Source of the DNA: Epiperipatus broadwayi
Taxonomy: Eukaryota > Animalia > Onychophora
Direction: 5' to 3'
Length of the DNA stretch: 64,000 bases
NCBI GenBank assembly: GCA_028023455.1
Contig: JAQFVV010000005.1
Coordinates: forward strand, 15,748,001 to 15,812,000
Numbering within the stretch: the first letter of the stretch is position 1; each line of letters opens with the position of its first letter. The position numbers and the translations under genes are program-made. Shown here piece by piece: positions 1 to 16,639 of this stretch. The notes under the pieces were generated by a model. It made no database searches and was not told the DNA's origin. It saw nothing but the letters and a program-made list of their open reading frames with translations.

Positions 1-253
1 CGCTACGTATAATTAACAGTTTGAAGCTTCAAATTGCATACTGACATTAATGAAAAGTCATTTCCATTTTATAGGATATTTCTTAAAATTTAAAATAAAA
101 TATCGTTTTCAAAACTTTTCTTAGTTTTAACTGTTAAGTAAATGATTGTTGACTACCCATTTTTTTTAATGGAAAAATTAGTAATAATTTAAAAATTTGA
201 ACTCCATAAAAAAAGTCACAGACTAAAATAATATAGTATTATAAACAAAGCAA

Positions 254-430
254 AGCAAAACTCCATATAGTAGTGCCACCTGTGCTAAACAGAGTAATCA
301 ATGATTGCCAGAAGGCTTGTGCATAAAATCCCTATCCAATGCCTACTCATCCAATATCCCCAGACTAGTTTCTGGCTTGTGGCCTTCGTCAGTGAGGAGC
401 TTTGGATCTGAGAGCACTGCATGTAGATCT
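254..430 (-). repeat. Dispersed ~180-bp hammerhead-bearing repeat, copy A (retrozyme / Penelope pseudo-LTR-like)
   Basis: Near-identical (roughly 90-95% by eye) to 38171-38349. The sequence tgatcatgtgatgctt that follows copy B directly recurs at 547-562, implying a ~115-bp indel. Confidence 0.85.
357..398 (-). ncRNA. Minimal type I hammerhead ribozyme
   Basis: Minus strand reads TCCTCA-CTGACGA-A-GGC-CACAA-GCC-A-GAAA-CTAG-TC^TGGGGA. It has the CUGANGA and GAAA core, a GUC cleavage triplet, stem I TCCTCA/TGGGGA (6 bp, one G-U), stem II GGC/GCC and a palindromic CTAG stem III. Position 10.1-11.1 is a non-canonical A-A. Confidence 0.75.
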
Positions 431-2546
431 TAGGATCTAATGCAACCCTCTAGCAAACACCTTTTATCTCTACTTAACTACAAAACTATGAGCATGAAAT
501 TGAAAACACAAAAAATATTTTCAATCTAAGCTCAATAGCTTATATGTGATCATGTGATGCTTGCTGGTTTAATATAGTATTACCTTGGAAATATTAGTGA
601 AATAATATATTTGACGCTAAATAACTTGAGGGTTGTTTATTCAGTGCTCAAAGATGTATAATTTCACTTGGGTATATGTGCACATTAAACCATTTTAGCT
701 AATAAATCACTTAAAATTGAAATATATCACATCTCCTATTATTATACTATAAATGGCACCATGTAAATTAGGAAGTTTTTAGGACAAGAAGAAAAGGAAG
801 GTGATAGAAGTCTAAGAAAAGATGCCTATCTTCATTTAATCTTATATATGCTTTGGGTAGAGGAAATGCATTAATTATAATACCATCAATGCTTTAAATT
901 GATATCTATACCATCTGGGATGAACCATTGAAAATTTTCGTAAACCTAGATGAAGATAGATGGTTGTAAGACAGTGTAAAATATTTATGTGGTCAAGGCA
1001 TACTCCTATATTTATATTTTTATGTTATTAATGTATTTTATAATCTTCAAGAAATATTTATTTAAGCTATTGTACTTCTGTAGGGAAAAAATCCACCAAA
1101 TGTAACAGAAAAACTTTAATAAGAATTAACAAAGTGAGTCATTACTACTGGCTTTTAGATGAAGATGTGTTTTCAGGGGATGAGGAAGAAAACTCTAAAA
1201 GAAAGTATTCATATTAAATGTAATCAAGACAAAGTCTCTTTACTGAATGGAATAATAAGCTAATCTTCATACATTTAAATTATTGTATTAGTGAAGCAAA
1301 AATTAAGAAAATTTGACTTTTATATAAAATCAGTCAGGTATTACAACAATTCTACAATATTTTTAAAAATTTATTTTATTGGCAAGGGGTGATAATTTCA
1401 GTCTAAGAATTATTGCAACTTGAAATGTGGTTTTATTTACAGCTTACTTAGTTTGAAATGAGTAATACAACTTTGGAAATTAAATAAGAATGAAGTATCA
1501 AATGATACTGCAAGCACATCTTCAAAATAATTAGAGGTATAAATTTATGGTTAAAAAGAATTTATTAATGACTTTATGGTTTATTCTTAGACTTTTATAT
1601 TTTAAACAAGCAGAATAGATGCATTAGTTTAAAAGTGTAATGCTGCAATTTTATTCTACATTAAATAATAGCGCCATCTCTCTTCCATTTTAAAAACCAA
1701 GCACTGAATAAAATTAATGATTAGATGATAGTGAAACTAGATATCATTGTCAATTTCTGTTTTGTTGACCTTCTGCAGGAGGATACTTTACTAATATCGA
1801 TTTGAAGATCACCATTTACATCTTATATTCCATTCAACTATTGATTTGAAATTGCAATCGTGCTAAGATTTTAAACCCAAATGAAGTTGCTTGCATGAGT
1901 CAGAAACTTTATATATATTAGTCTCAATTATAAGCTAAAGATAGATGTCATAATTAAATGTAAGCTGTGGAAGTTAACGATAATAATTTTAGTTTATAAT
2001 ATATTCTGATGTTTTCAAAACCAAATCATTTAATCCATTTATAAAGATTTAACTGTTATTGAAACTAACAGATATCAAGCCATTTATTTATAATGACAGT
2101 ATTGATTATTTTAAAATACTATCATAGACAATAGTGGTTTAAATTCTAAAATGACTGAACTTGGGTTTGGGAGCTTTCTGTATGAGGACAAGTGAATGAT
2201 ATTTTTTCCATGCATTTATTAAATGTAACAGTTTGGTACAAAAATAAATTATTTAATTCAAATAACATCCAAACGAAAAAAGTAATGTATGTATGTTAAG
2301 CAATCCACTGAAAAGGCAATGACAATTCTAACTGTCCAATAACAAAGCAATGCCTTTTGATATTGCAAAATGCAAATTATGTATGTATAAATAAATGCTT
2401 TAATGTAAATTTATAATATATATTTGGAATTTTCTTCAAGTAATTCAACAATATATGAATATGCTATTCAATGGAAATGACTTTTGAATAATAAAATATG
2501 TAAGGTGACACAACCATCAAAAAGTAATTTCGCACTACATAGGGGA

Positions 2547-4860
<2,314 letters not shown>

Positions 4861-5010
4861 TCAAAACAAGTACAAACAACATTTAGTACTACTAATTTAG
4901 ATAGACAAATTTTTGTATGCAGAATAGCAAAAGACCTAAATAAATAAAAAAGAAAGTGTTATGCGTGTGGGAATCTTTTTATATTACACACACACACAAT
5001 CATACAACTA

Positions 5011-5130
<120 letters not shown>

Positions 5131-5299
5131 CTATAAAAAATTAATACAAAAAATTACTATAGTTTTTTAGATGTTTTTTTTAAATTAATTAAATTAATTT
5201 TATTCATTTATTTAGCTTATAGGTTTTTTTAGACAGCATAACTACTAACAAAATATCATAAAGAAAAGTACACAGATTCAAACCAGAAGGTCGAACCAT

Positions 5300-6100
5300 T
5301 AGTTACATGTTTAAGACCTTCAATTCTGCCAATACAGCCATAGATTCCACAATCATTAACTATGCAGTTTATGATATGAGTATATCTTCATACATCAGTG
5401 GCTGTTATGAGGCAGATGAGTGCTTTGTCTATGGATTGTCCTGAGTCTATTGATAAGTCTTCAGTAATGTCTAGAAAGATCACACCATTGAATTTACTGT
5501 TAGATATGGTCATAAGAATTTCAATTTCTTTGCTATAAAAATTTGATTGTAGATTCTTGGTTAAACATCCATAAAGTGGATCTTGATTTGATAATGAATC
5601 TTAATTATTATTGGCGAGTTCAATTTATTTAGCAGCTTTTTATACATTTTCTGTGAAGCAATTTCTTTTCTAATATCCAATGGAAAAATATGTGAAAGAA
5701 GCTATTGCAAAGTAGTAAATTTAAATGTACTGTAATGGAATGAGGAAAATTGTAATCTTAATATATGTGTTTTATGCCCAATGATTGGATGCACAGTATA
5801 TAACGGGACGAGCAGATGTGCCAGATTGAAAATATATAAATGGGACAATAAAATAGCTCAATCGTTAGATGCCATATGTAGTAGTATGAGCCTTTTCTCA
5901 TTGAAAGCATATATCTCGCCATGATCATTGAAGTACTTTATTTCAATCAATATCATCATGAAAGTATTAATAGTTACATGGAAGAAACTTCGAATTAATA
6001 TGCCCTTTTCCATTTTCCCTTTAATTTGCTCATGTTATGCCCTGGTATTCAAACCCAGGAAGAATATGCATGGATTCTACTTCAGAATATGATTGTATCA
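5300..6100 (-). mobile_element. Possible decayed LINE (I/Jockey-group) ORF2 fragment
   Basis: Minus-strand fragments FEYQGIT*...KGHIN (resembles KYLGI.D..L.W..HI) and PLDIRKEIASQKMY. Many stops. Confidence 0.3.
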
Positions 6101-7410
6101 TGCTGATATACAAACCCTATATATATGATGTCATGAATTGTGGAGTAGATAAATAACAATGAATTTGATTATGATATTAAATATTTAAAAAAATCATTAA
6201 CAATAATAAAATTTCTTTATAATTATATTTCAACATAATATATGTGTTGCACAATTATTAAATGAACAATTGGCTAAGTGTGATCATCCTTTCTTTCATC
6301 TCTTCAATATCTGATAATCCAGTCATAATGTATCATTACAAAGGATAATAATTTATTAGCCCAATTTATTAACTTAAATTTTACAATGCAAACTAAATTT
6401 AAATCTTCATACAAATAGTAATATGTACATACAAACTAATATTCCTATCCTGCTATATTTTGTAGAAAATATATTAGATTTTAGTAACTCAAGAACTATA
6501 AGTTATAAAGCTAAGTTTTTACTTCAGATAAAAAATAGTAATAAAATGTAAACACATATCTAGTTTAAAAAGCAATAAAAAGATCATTAATAATTAATGT
6601 AAATATAAATAGATATGTAAGTTTTTAAAAAAAGTAATGAAAAATAAATTTTGTAAAATAAAGGAAACTTTATTTTCATAATTTGAGTTTAAGTCTAATT
6701 CAACGAAAACAGATTGGTTTGCAAATAAATTAGACCTAAACAGATAAAGATGACAACTTAAAAGCATTCTATAAAAGATTGCTGAAAAATAATGCAAATG
6801 ATTATTTTCAAGACTGGATATAATTCGTGGATTTAAAATACCAAGAAAACTGTGTATTGTTAAAATTAAACCATTAAACTATTTTAGGAGAAAACAAATG
6901 GAATAAATATCTGAATGCGAATGTAATTAGAAGTCATATCCTTAGCATCGTTGTAAAAATGCATTAGTCAAATGGATTTACTTTTACATTGGAATGATAG
7001 GAATTTGTCACTGAATGCCATCAGCTTTTCTTCATTCATCACATGCTATTGTGTGTTGCTGCCATAAGAAAAGCTGAGGGGAAAGTGCCCTGGACTTTTC
7101 TGCAATGATGGAAGTATCCAAGAGTCCATGCCTCTGAAGGTGAAAGAAATCTGGCTAGGGTAAATGTTTATAGACCTTACCGGTCTTTTATTATTTGTGT
7201 ACACCTGAGAAGACCCAATTAGGATTGTGTTTTAAGTACTGTAAGTATAAACTTTTGGTATTCACTTAGGTCCACCACCATTGCAGTGGCAATATTTGTT
7301 TGTTTGGTGGTGATTATAGCCTTGAAGATTTGGAACGTTAAATAAAGAACTAATTGTTAATGTGCATATAAAGTAACAATGGATCATTATTTAGTAAAAT
7401 TTTAATTGAT

Positions 7411-7414
<4 letters not shown>

Positions 7415-7501
<87 letters not shown>
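7415..7501. repeat. (AT)n microsatellite, about 43 units
   Basis: Perfect AT dinucleotide run. Confidence 0.98.
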
Positions 7502-7504
<3 letters not shown>

Positions 7505-8034
7505 AATTAATATATTTATTCTAATTTAATAACATTTTGTGTAATTAAAGTTTTTGTGATAATTGTTGGTAGTCAGCTTCATAGCAAAATGCACAACTAT
7601 CCTTAGTGAGTATATCCCAGAAATAGGATTTTGTAAGTATAATTTTATATTTCGGGAACTTCTTTCCAATGATATGAAAATATGATAGGAAAGATCAATT
7701 ATACAAGAGTTTTAGTCATATATTCCAAATAACAAAGATTTAACTAATAAATTAATTGTAACAAATATTTCACATTAAAGATTAAACATTATAATTGTCC
7801 TAGTGTACATGTCTAATATTATGCAAACTAATAAAGTTTTACCTTTTTGTCTGTAAATAGTTAAACTTATTATTAAGCAAGCTTGGGCTTTCTATGTATA
7901 CCTTTTTATTAATAACTTGAGAATACTAATATTCCCGAACTCTCCTCTATATAGTTTTAAGTTATGGTTGGGTGAAATTTAACCTATTATCAAAAGAAAG
8001 AAATTAGGATAAAAAAAATACAAAAAGAATATCC

Positions 8035-11000
8035 TGTATAGTCGAGTCCAAGTTTAAATTAGTGACAGTTCATATTGATAAATATTCAAGGAATTCTATT
8101 TTCAGGCATCTTTTCTTTTTCATTTAAAATCCACATTTCCATGTTCGAATGCCATTCGAATATTCTGATGATGATTCCATTTCTTACCTTTAGTATTCCT
8201 TTCGATCTAAGAATTTTCCTTGGTTTGTTGTAACATATTCTGGTGTTATATTCAGCATGAATAGGTAGAAGCTGATTTCCATTAAAACTCAAATCTAACA
8301 TCATGTTTGGATGGTAAACACTTTATCTCCATAATGTTTTTTTTCTTTTAGCCAGACTTAGGTAAGTAACTGTGTTGATAAATTTACTTGATGTTATGAT
8401 TTTATAAAGAATAGCGGATTTTTAATTTTACAAATCCTCGAAATAAGCTTGAGATGATTTCTTGCTTTTAATGCTAAAATTCAGTATTATTATGAATAAT
8501 AATAATTTATGGTTTGTAAAGTAACTTTACAAAATATTTAGTCCATTCATAATCATAAATACAGTTTTCTCTCTATTTCACAATATTATTTTCTTCTTTG
8601 GAGATATGGTAGTTCAATGGTTGTTATTATATATATTTAAGTAGTGTATACGAATTTAGATTTTGTTAAGCTGCTTATTAAGTAACCACTGTTATGTTCA
8701 ATTTTTTTTTTTTAAAGAAGAGAAGTCTTTCACTTTATCTTTCTGTTAGCCATTCCATCATGTTTTTTATATATATATTATTTTTCATGTCGATTTGAGT
8801 TCACGTTTTTATTTCAATTGTGATGTCATTTGAATATCTGAATGTTTAATGTAATGGATTAGCAAATTCTAAATTTTAATTATTATTTCTTTTGAGATTT
8901 TTATGAATTGCTTGCTTTTTGAAGTTTAACTATCTATAAATCAGTATTGTCAATAATAATTAAAAATATAATTGTAAATGACAAATTTACATAAAGTTAT
9001 TAATATGTCATTAACAATATTATAACAGTCAGGAAATGAGGTGAAATATCCAGTCTTACTGTATCTGCTGTACAGGGCGCAACTAGGCTATTTGAACCTA
9101 GAAAATTTATAGAGTAGACAGATACATGCTGTTAAGATCACGACTGCCAGCTCTAGTCACTAGCTCATGAAGTAGCAGAGGTTTAAAACATTTATTAAAT
9201 ATATTTCTTTTAATAAAGAATAATAAAAACAATCACTAGATCACTGTCAGTACTAATAACACACAAAAAGATTTTATTGATGTATATATAAGTAACAACG
9301 CACAAACTTAAAAAAAAAATTATTATAAAAGAAAAATTATGTTTTATGTTTCATTACTATTATCTTCTTTTAAACTTTAATTTTTAATCTTAGAATGTTG
9401 AGTATAGACGAGCTACCAAGACGACGCACTTAAATGATTTTCAAACATTTGACTCCAGGCTAAAAGTCCACACCAACGCTCGCTTCCAGATATATATCAG
9501 CAATCAATACAATGTGAACATGTTAGCATAGAATCATGCCGACAGGAATGTGCATCTGAACAGCATGATATTATTGGAGAAAACATGACCTTCATCCCGT
9601 ACAGGAAATGTACATGTCTGGTGAAGGAATCATGCATGTAATATAATAAAAAGAATAATGCTACATATGGATGGGAGAGCAGTCTATCTTGCTGTGCTTA
9701 TCCTCCCAATCCATAGAGCTGGAATGGGTCAATGGCACAGGAAATATGTCAGCATCCATTTCAACAATATGACTACCTCTTTGGGGTCATGCATTCAGTT
9801 GGACTCGTCATCCTAGGTGCTAACACACTTCACATTACATTGATATAAACGTCCATATATCTCTCCACCAGCATTGATACATCTACGAAACAAATAGTCC
9901 GAAATCAAAACCTTTTTAAAATTAACATATATTTAGATGAGTCTAGCAGCCATCTACACTCAACTAACATTTAAATCATTTTATTAATTTATTTCTAAAA
10001 AAAAAGTCTTTAGTTTACGGTTTTAAATCATTTTAAAATGACACATTATATTTAACTTATTTTTTTTCACAAATACTATTTTTAACCTATTTTTAAAATT
10101 TAATATTGCACAAATAACGATATGTGTTTTTATCTTTAAATTTAAGTTTGCAATCGCAAACCCCTATCCTATTACAAACAGATCTTATTAAGCATGAATA
10201 AAAAAATACAATACATATTTTAAGAGATTATGTTTTAACTTTAGATCAGAGTTTAAAATTGCAAAGTTCATAAAAAAAATAAAGTTCTGGTTTGATTTGG
10301 AAAGAAAGTTTATAGTTCATTTTTAGAAACAAATAAAGTTCGAAGATTTTAAATTTAAGAGTTTATATTTCATATTTATAATTTATACTTTCCTTTCTCC
10401 ATGCTCGTTCCTTTGCGACGAAGATCTGAGTTACGCAAGGGCCATTTCTTGCGGACGATGATGATTTTATGAAGATTTCCGAAGACGTTTTATAAAGACG
10501 GTTCCAGTGGTTCAATCCTGGGATCCGTGGAGATGAAGGCTGCCTTCGGCCAGCCAAACTGAAGGAAGCACGATGAAGCTGATTACATCTTGGATGACGG
10601 CGATAATAGCTTTTTAAATTTTTATTTCTACTTTCAGCAAAGACGAATGAATTTAAATTTTTAATTTTTCTAATCTCAAATTAATTATTTCTTTTGGATT
10701 TTTCTTTTTATAGTCCTCAGGCACATTATCTCTGGAATGCACGGATCCATCAAACATATTTCATATCTATATTTCATTGGTTTATTGAGTTGGTCGCCAA
10801 GTAAATTTTGGGTTTGTGGCTAAGTAGATTTTGGGTTTTCCACTGAGGTCTGTGTCTCTATCTCTGGGCGGGAAAAGCAAGTCTTTTGTTTCTATTCCTC
10901 AACTCTTATCTCTTTTGTAATCATCTTTTCAATGGTCATTTTGCCCCAAGGATCTGTTTGTAATTTTTATTTTTAAGATTAAAAACTCTGTTCATTATTT

Positions 11001-11271
11001 TTAAAATTAAAAGGTTTTTATTATATTTTATTTAAACTATAGAAACTTTGCTTCGATTCTACAATTTTTTTAAAGCTTATCTTATTTTAATATTTAAATC
11101 AAACATATTAATAAATTAATAATTCGTTATTTGTGCATTTTGAACGTTCGTGCTTTTAATTCAGTATTAGATATTTACAAAAAAGTTAAATGTAACGCAT
11201 ATATATATCCTGTTACAATATGTTTTTGACAATTGTTGGTGGTAATGGTCTTTAAGATGGATGGATGTACA
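8035..11271 (-). mobile_element. Putative 3' LTR (~1 kb net) of an old minus-strand Ty3/gypsy element, split by the 9018-11217 insertion
   Basis: Minus strand: polypurine tract AAGTGAAGAGGAAA (11285-11272) directly followed by TGTACA at 11271. Candidate end ...GACTCGACTATACA at 8035 gives TGTA...TACA termini. An integrase C-terminal fragment lies just upstream. The left end is inferred. Confidence 0.45.
9018..11217 (+). mobile_element. ~2.2-kb solo-LTR-like element, copy 1
   Basis: Homologous over its whole length, in inverted orientation, to 53401-55538. Consensus termini TGTTATAAC...GTTACA, no long ORF, followed by ATAT. Confidence 0.8.
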
Positions 11272-11427
11272 TTTCCTCTTCACTTAAGGGATTAAAATAA
11301 GTATCATATATTTATTTTAATTATCAAGTTTTTATTTATGTATGAGAAAATAATTTTTATTTATTGGTACTTTCCTTTCATTCTTAATCTGTTCTTACAT
11401 TTATTAAAGGATTAATTTGTAAGGAAA

Positions 11428-11676
11428 TTACTCTGTTTTTCCTCCATAAGGTTTTAGTATTCGGGCATTATATGTACCATGGATCTTACCTCCACAATCT
11501 AACCAATATGTGTTTAATCCTGCATGCTTGGTTATAGTAAATGGTCCTTCATAAGTGTTGCAAAATTTGTGATATATTAAATCTTGGGGCTTAATGACAA
11601 TTGGGCTCTTTACAAATACTTTATCACCTATTTTATATTGGTTACTCGATTTGTTTTTGTTATCCTTTTCAGTCAT
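11428..11676 (-). pseudogene. Ty3/gypsy integrase C-terminal (GPF/GPY) module remnant
   Basis: YKIGDKVFVK...KFCNTYEGPFTITK...NTYWL...GTYNARILKPY is the typical gypsy integrase C-terminal pattern. It lies ~140 bp before the PPT. Confidence 0.85.
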
Positions 11677-12311
11677 TAGTAGTATTTTGTGCTTCTATTT
11701 GATCTTGTTCTCAATCAATGTGAACATAGGCATGGGTTGATATAATAAGGTTGGAGTATGTTTGTTTGTTTTTAGTTTCATTTCCTTGAAAAAAAATTAT
11801 TTTCCTTCTTCCAAAGAAATCTTGGTTCAAAATTGGTATGCAATTTTTTAAGCAACCATACTTAAAAAAAAATAATATTTTTTTTTTTTTGTATAAAACA
11901 CTGGGATCAATTGATGAAGGTACTTCACATGAAATGCTAAAATACAAGCAACAGAGTGCCTTAGGACTGATCAAATCAAAGAGTTCCCCATTCAAGTAGA
12001 AATAGATATTCAACTGTTTAAATAGCAGTAAAACAAATCTAATAAGCCTCACATAAGAGTAGGATTAATGCTATTAAACACATGCGCATATATATGATAT
12101 CTATAGAAGATACTTATACATAATAATGATCAGATCCCTAACTAACCATCATCATGCCAACATATACACTAAAACAACAATTTAAGAAAGAATAGACTGA
12201 AAAAAAATTTTAATCTGAAATAACAACAAAACTAAAGATCACTAAATACACCAACTACAAAAAAATAAATCAGAGAATTAAAATAAATATATTTATTTTA
12301 ATCCCTTAAAT

Positions 12312-12475
12312 GGGGGGGGGGGGTAAGGATACATTAATCCGACCATACCAAAATCACTAAAATGCATCCATCTTGAAGACTAAATCTACCAACATAATCA
12401 AAAGCATATTATTAATTATATATTAATAATTTTGTGTAAAATTGTCAGTTAAAATTATAATATTGACATATATAT
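12312..12475 (+). mobile_element. Putative PPT (G12) and start of a plus-strand LTR, interrupted by the gag-only element; probable continuation 28632-29177
   Basis: ttattttaatcccttaaatGGGGGGGGGGGG resembles the minus-strand PPT context at 11272-11305. A candidate LTR end GCGCTACA lies at 29177, just before pol-like sequence resumes. Confidence 0.35.
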
Positions 12476-12488
12476 TGTGCCAGTCCGT

Positions 12489-13664
<1,176 letters not shown>

Positions 13665-13691
13665 CAGTAGCAGTAACTGATAGCAATGTAT

Positions 13692-13962
13692 TAGCAGTAG
13701 CAGTAGCAGTAGCAGTAGCAGTAGCAGTAGCAGTAGCAGTAGCAGTAGCAGTAGCAGTAGCAGTAGCAGTAGCAGTAGCAGTAGCAGTAGCAGTAGCAGT
13801 AGCAGTAGCAGTAGCAGTAGCAGTAGCAGTAGCAGTAGCAGTAGCAGTAGCAGTAGCAGTAGCAGTAGCAGTAGCAGTAGCAGTAGCAGTAGCAGTAGCA
13901 GTAGCAGTAGCAGTAGCAGTAGCAGTAGCAGTAGCAGTAGCAGTAGCAGTAGCAGTAGCAGT

Positions 13963-14006
<44 letters not shown>
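13692..14006 (+). repeat. (TAGCAG)n (~45 units) followed by (CAG)14
   Basis: Directly visible: hexamer array 13692-13964, CAG run 13965-14006. Confidence 0.97.
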
Positions 14007-14007
<1 letters not shown>

Positions 14008-14017
14008 CAAGATGGCC
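14008..14017 (+). promoter_or_regulatory. YY1/Pho-type motif CAAGATGGCC at the LINE 5' end
   Basis: Matches the YY1 core found near the 5' end of mammalian L1. Function here is inferred only. Confidence 0.35.
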
Positions 14018-14249
14018 ACCATGCCTCACAAGCACGTCGTTTTGGCTCCAAAATAATTTTAAAATTTTCATTGAAATTCTACTATTTGAGTCTACTTGTG
14101 GTTGATACTTTTATCATTATAGTTTATTACACCAGAATAAACAATTAGGTAGGTAAAATCTACTTCCTTTTTTAAAATCTGACAGACTTAATTTATCTGT
14201 TCTATAACTATGGAGTCGAAAAGACCTAGTTGCTTCTAAATCAAATGAC

Positions 14250-16010
14250 AAACGTAAGTGAGCCTACAAATAATTCTGTTATGTCTAATAATAATTCATT
14301 ATTTCAAACTGAAGATGTTCAAATTACAATCAATAACCAAAATAAATCAAATTAACACAATTCAAACTAGCAATCAAGTGAAACCGCAAGCAAAGCTAAT
14401 GAAACCTAGAAAAATGTTCGGCTCTGTTAACGTTCAAACGAGCATTGCAAGAGTCTATTGAAGAAACATGGACAGTTTCCCAAATTGCAGAAAACAACTA
14501 ATAATATTAATGCTAATAATCTTATGCAAGAATCAAGACAATAATCAACTGTTTTCAAACAAGATCTAAAGGAAAATCAAATAAAAGAAAATAATTTGTA
14601 TGCTAGAGCAGTTAAATCTCATGCCGATAATATTACCAGTAACGTGCAAAATTCAACTGAATACTTAACATAGTATTAGGCCTGAAAATGATAACGAAGG
14701 CAGACAAAATAATGTAAATATAATACCAGATGATACCCAATTAATTACTTGAATTATATGCTCAGTATACAGATAATTTTAAGCAAACCATACCTCAGTC
14801 TCTTTTAGATCGTTCCAAAAATTTCATAAGCAGAAAACGTTAATAATGGCAGTTACAAACACGGAATGCGATTTATTTAAATTTCCTATGGATGAATTTT
14901 ATCAACTTTTGACTGAAAAAAAATTATGGACATTTATTTATAAAATATTATACCATCCTAATAATAGATATTTATGCATAGAATTCCATAATAAAATGCA
15001 AAGGAATATTTTCAAAAATAATATTCAATTTTGAACTCAAAATCCTTTGTTACATCGATATGGAGCGACCCCTATCTCTGCAAGGAAGAATCAAAAACTG
15101 TCCACGTTGATTTGCAATGAAATTGACTTGCAATTAATTCTGTCAAAATATGGGAAAATAACAAACTTTAAATATCTGCTTGATAAAAATGCAGTTATCC
15201 CAGTATTTTTAAATATTGCTGACGTTTAGCATAACATTAACTAGAATGTTACACCTAGTGATATACCAACTGTACATGAAACAGACATCTCACCAGTAAT
15301 CGTCACTTTCAGAGGTTTACCACCCCAGTGCTTTCATTGCAAACAACGATCGCGATTTAATACAAGACTGCCCTACCAAAGTATGTCAAAAATGCAGTTA
15401 AAACACTTGAGAACACATGTTGCTGGATGTCCAATTAAATACAACAAAATATAACGAAAATATCAACATCAAAATAACATCAACTTTAAGTCAAACAGGA
15501 GATAATGATAATACCCAAACGGAGTTACCACAAACCTGGGATTCATCAGCCTTGATTGCTCTCTGGCAAACAATCAATACCAATACCTGGATGTGCCAAT
15601 AATTAGTAACTCGGAACTTGTTGGTGAGAATATTAGCTCATCCTCATCGGTAAAACTGAAAGATATTATAATGAAAATTCCCGTTCGTTTCAATTTAGTA
15701 ACAAAAATAAAAAAATTGCAAAAAGAAAAAGAGATTACGATGCAGCTGGATTATTTGATTCAAGATAATAATACGATATGATCTACTTCTAAAATCGCAA
15801 ATCGCAGTGGATCATGCTCAACAAAGGCAATCATTCCGTTTAAAAGAAAGCCAAAATCTAGCAACTCACGGCCTCCAAATAACAGGAACTCCAACGGACA
15901 CACACTCGGATAGACAATTGCGATTCAGTTGCTTCCACTTCAACACCACAACAGCAGGTATATTTAGCTGCGTGTTGGTATCACCTGAAGAACACATAAG
16001 AAAATAAAAG
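14250..16010 (+). pseudogene. LINE ORF1 (Gag-like, CCHC zinc knuckles), disrupted
   Basis: VTFRGLPPQCFHCKQ / (frameshift) DLIQDCPTKVCQKC at 15300-15400. Multiple stops. Boundaries approximate. Confidence 0.7.
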
Positions 16011-16639
16011 TTAATACTGAACACACATCAGATAATCCTAATGCAAATTATCCCTGGACACATTAAACCAAACAAAACTTGGTGAATATATATCATGAAT
16101 GAAGAACTATATCCGACCGTTTTTTATTTTATTTTTTATTTTATCCCAATTTGTGTTAAATACTCTGTTGTAATGATTTTTTTGTTAATTTTTAGGTTTG
16201 GTAGGGGTTCATTGCTGCAATTACACTTACAACTAAAATACATATATCACATTAATAATATTATACACACACTACATGACAAACAACCGCACATAATTAC
16301 ATCTTATACCCGTAAACTAAATAAGCATAAACGTTATAATAAACAGACACATATATCTATAAATTATAAACTCACTAATACACATTTTTCCTTCTATTAT
16401 TAAACATGCTATATCTATTCATCATTATATACTGTACAAAAATTATTACCTTCCTTTAACTTTAACATCCTCTCCCACTGTTACATTGAATCAGAACTGT
16501 TTCCAGTCTTCATATGACTATACTTACTCCATAAAATCTTGCATTCCACTACCAAGATCATTTAACAACTGCAAACATTATGCATATACAACAAATTACC
16601 ATAATCATTGTACAATCTAGAATTACTCCATGCTAGTAT

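Noticed and set aside
7130-7240. Hammerhead-like fragments (CTGAAGG..GAAA; CTGAGAAGACCCAATTAGG)
   Set aside because: Core incomplete and no consistent stems I and III.
8352-8361. Plus-strand 10-nt micro-exon-like signal (ttttcttttAG ccagacttag GTAAGT)
   Set aside because: No partner exons or plus-strand gene found, and it lies in a putative LTR. Plausibly chance.
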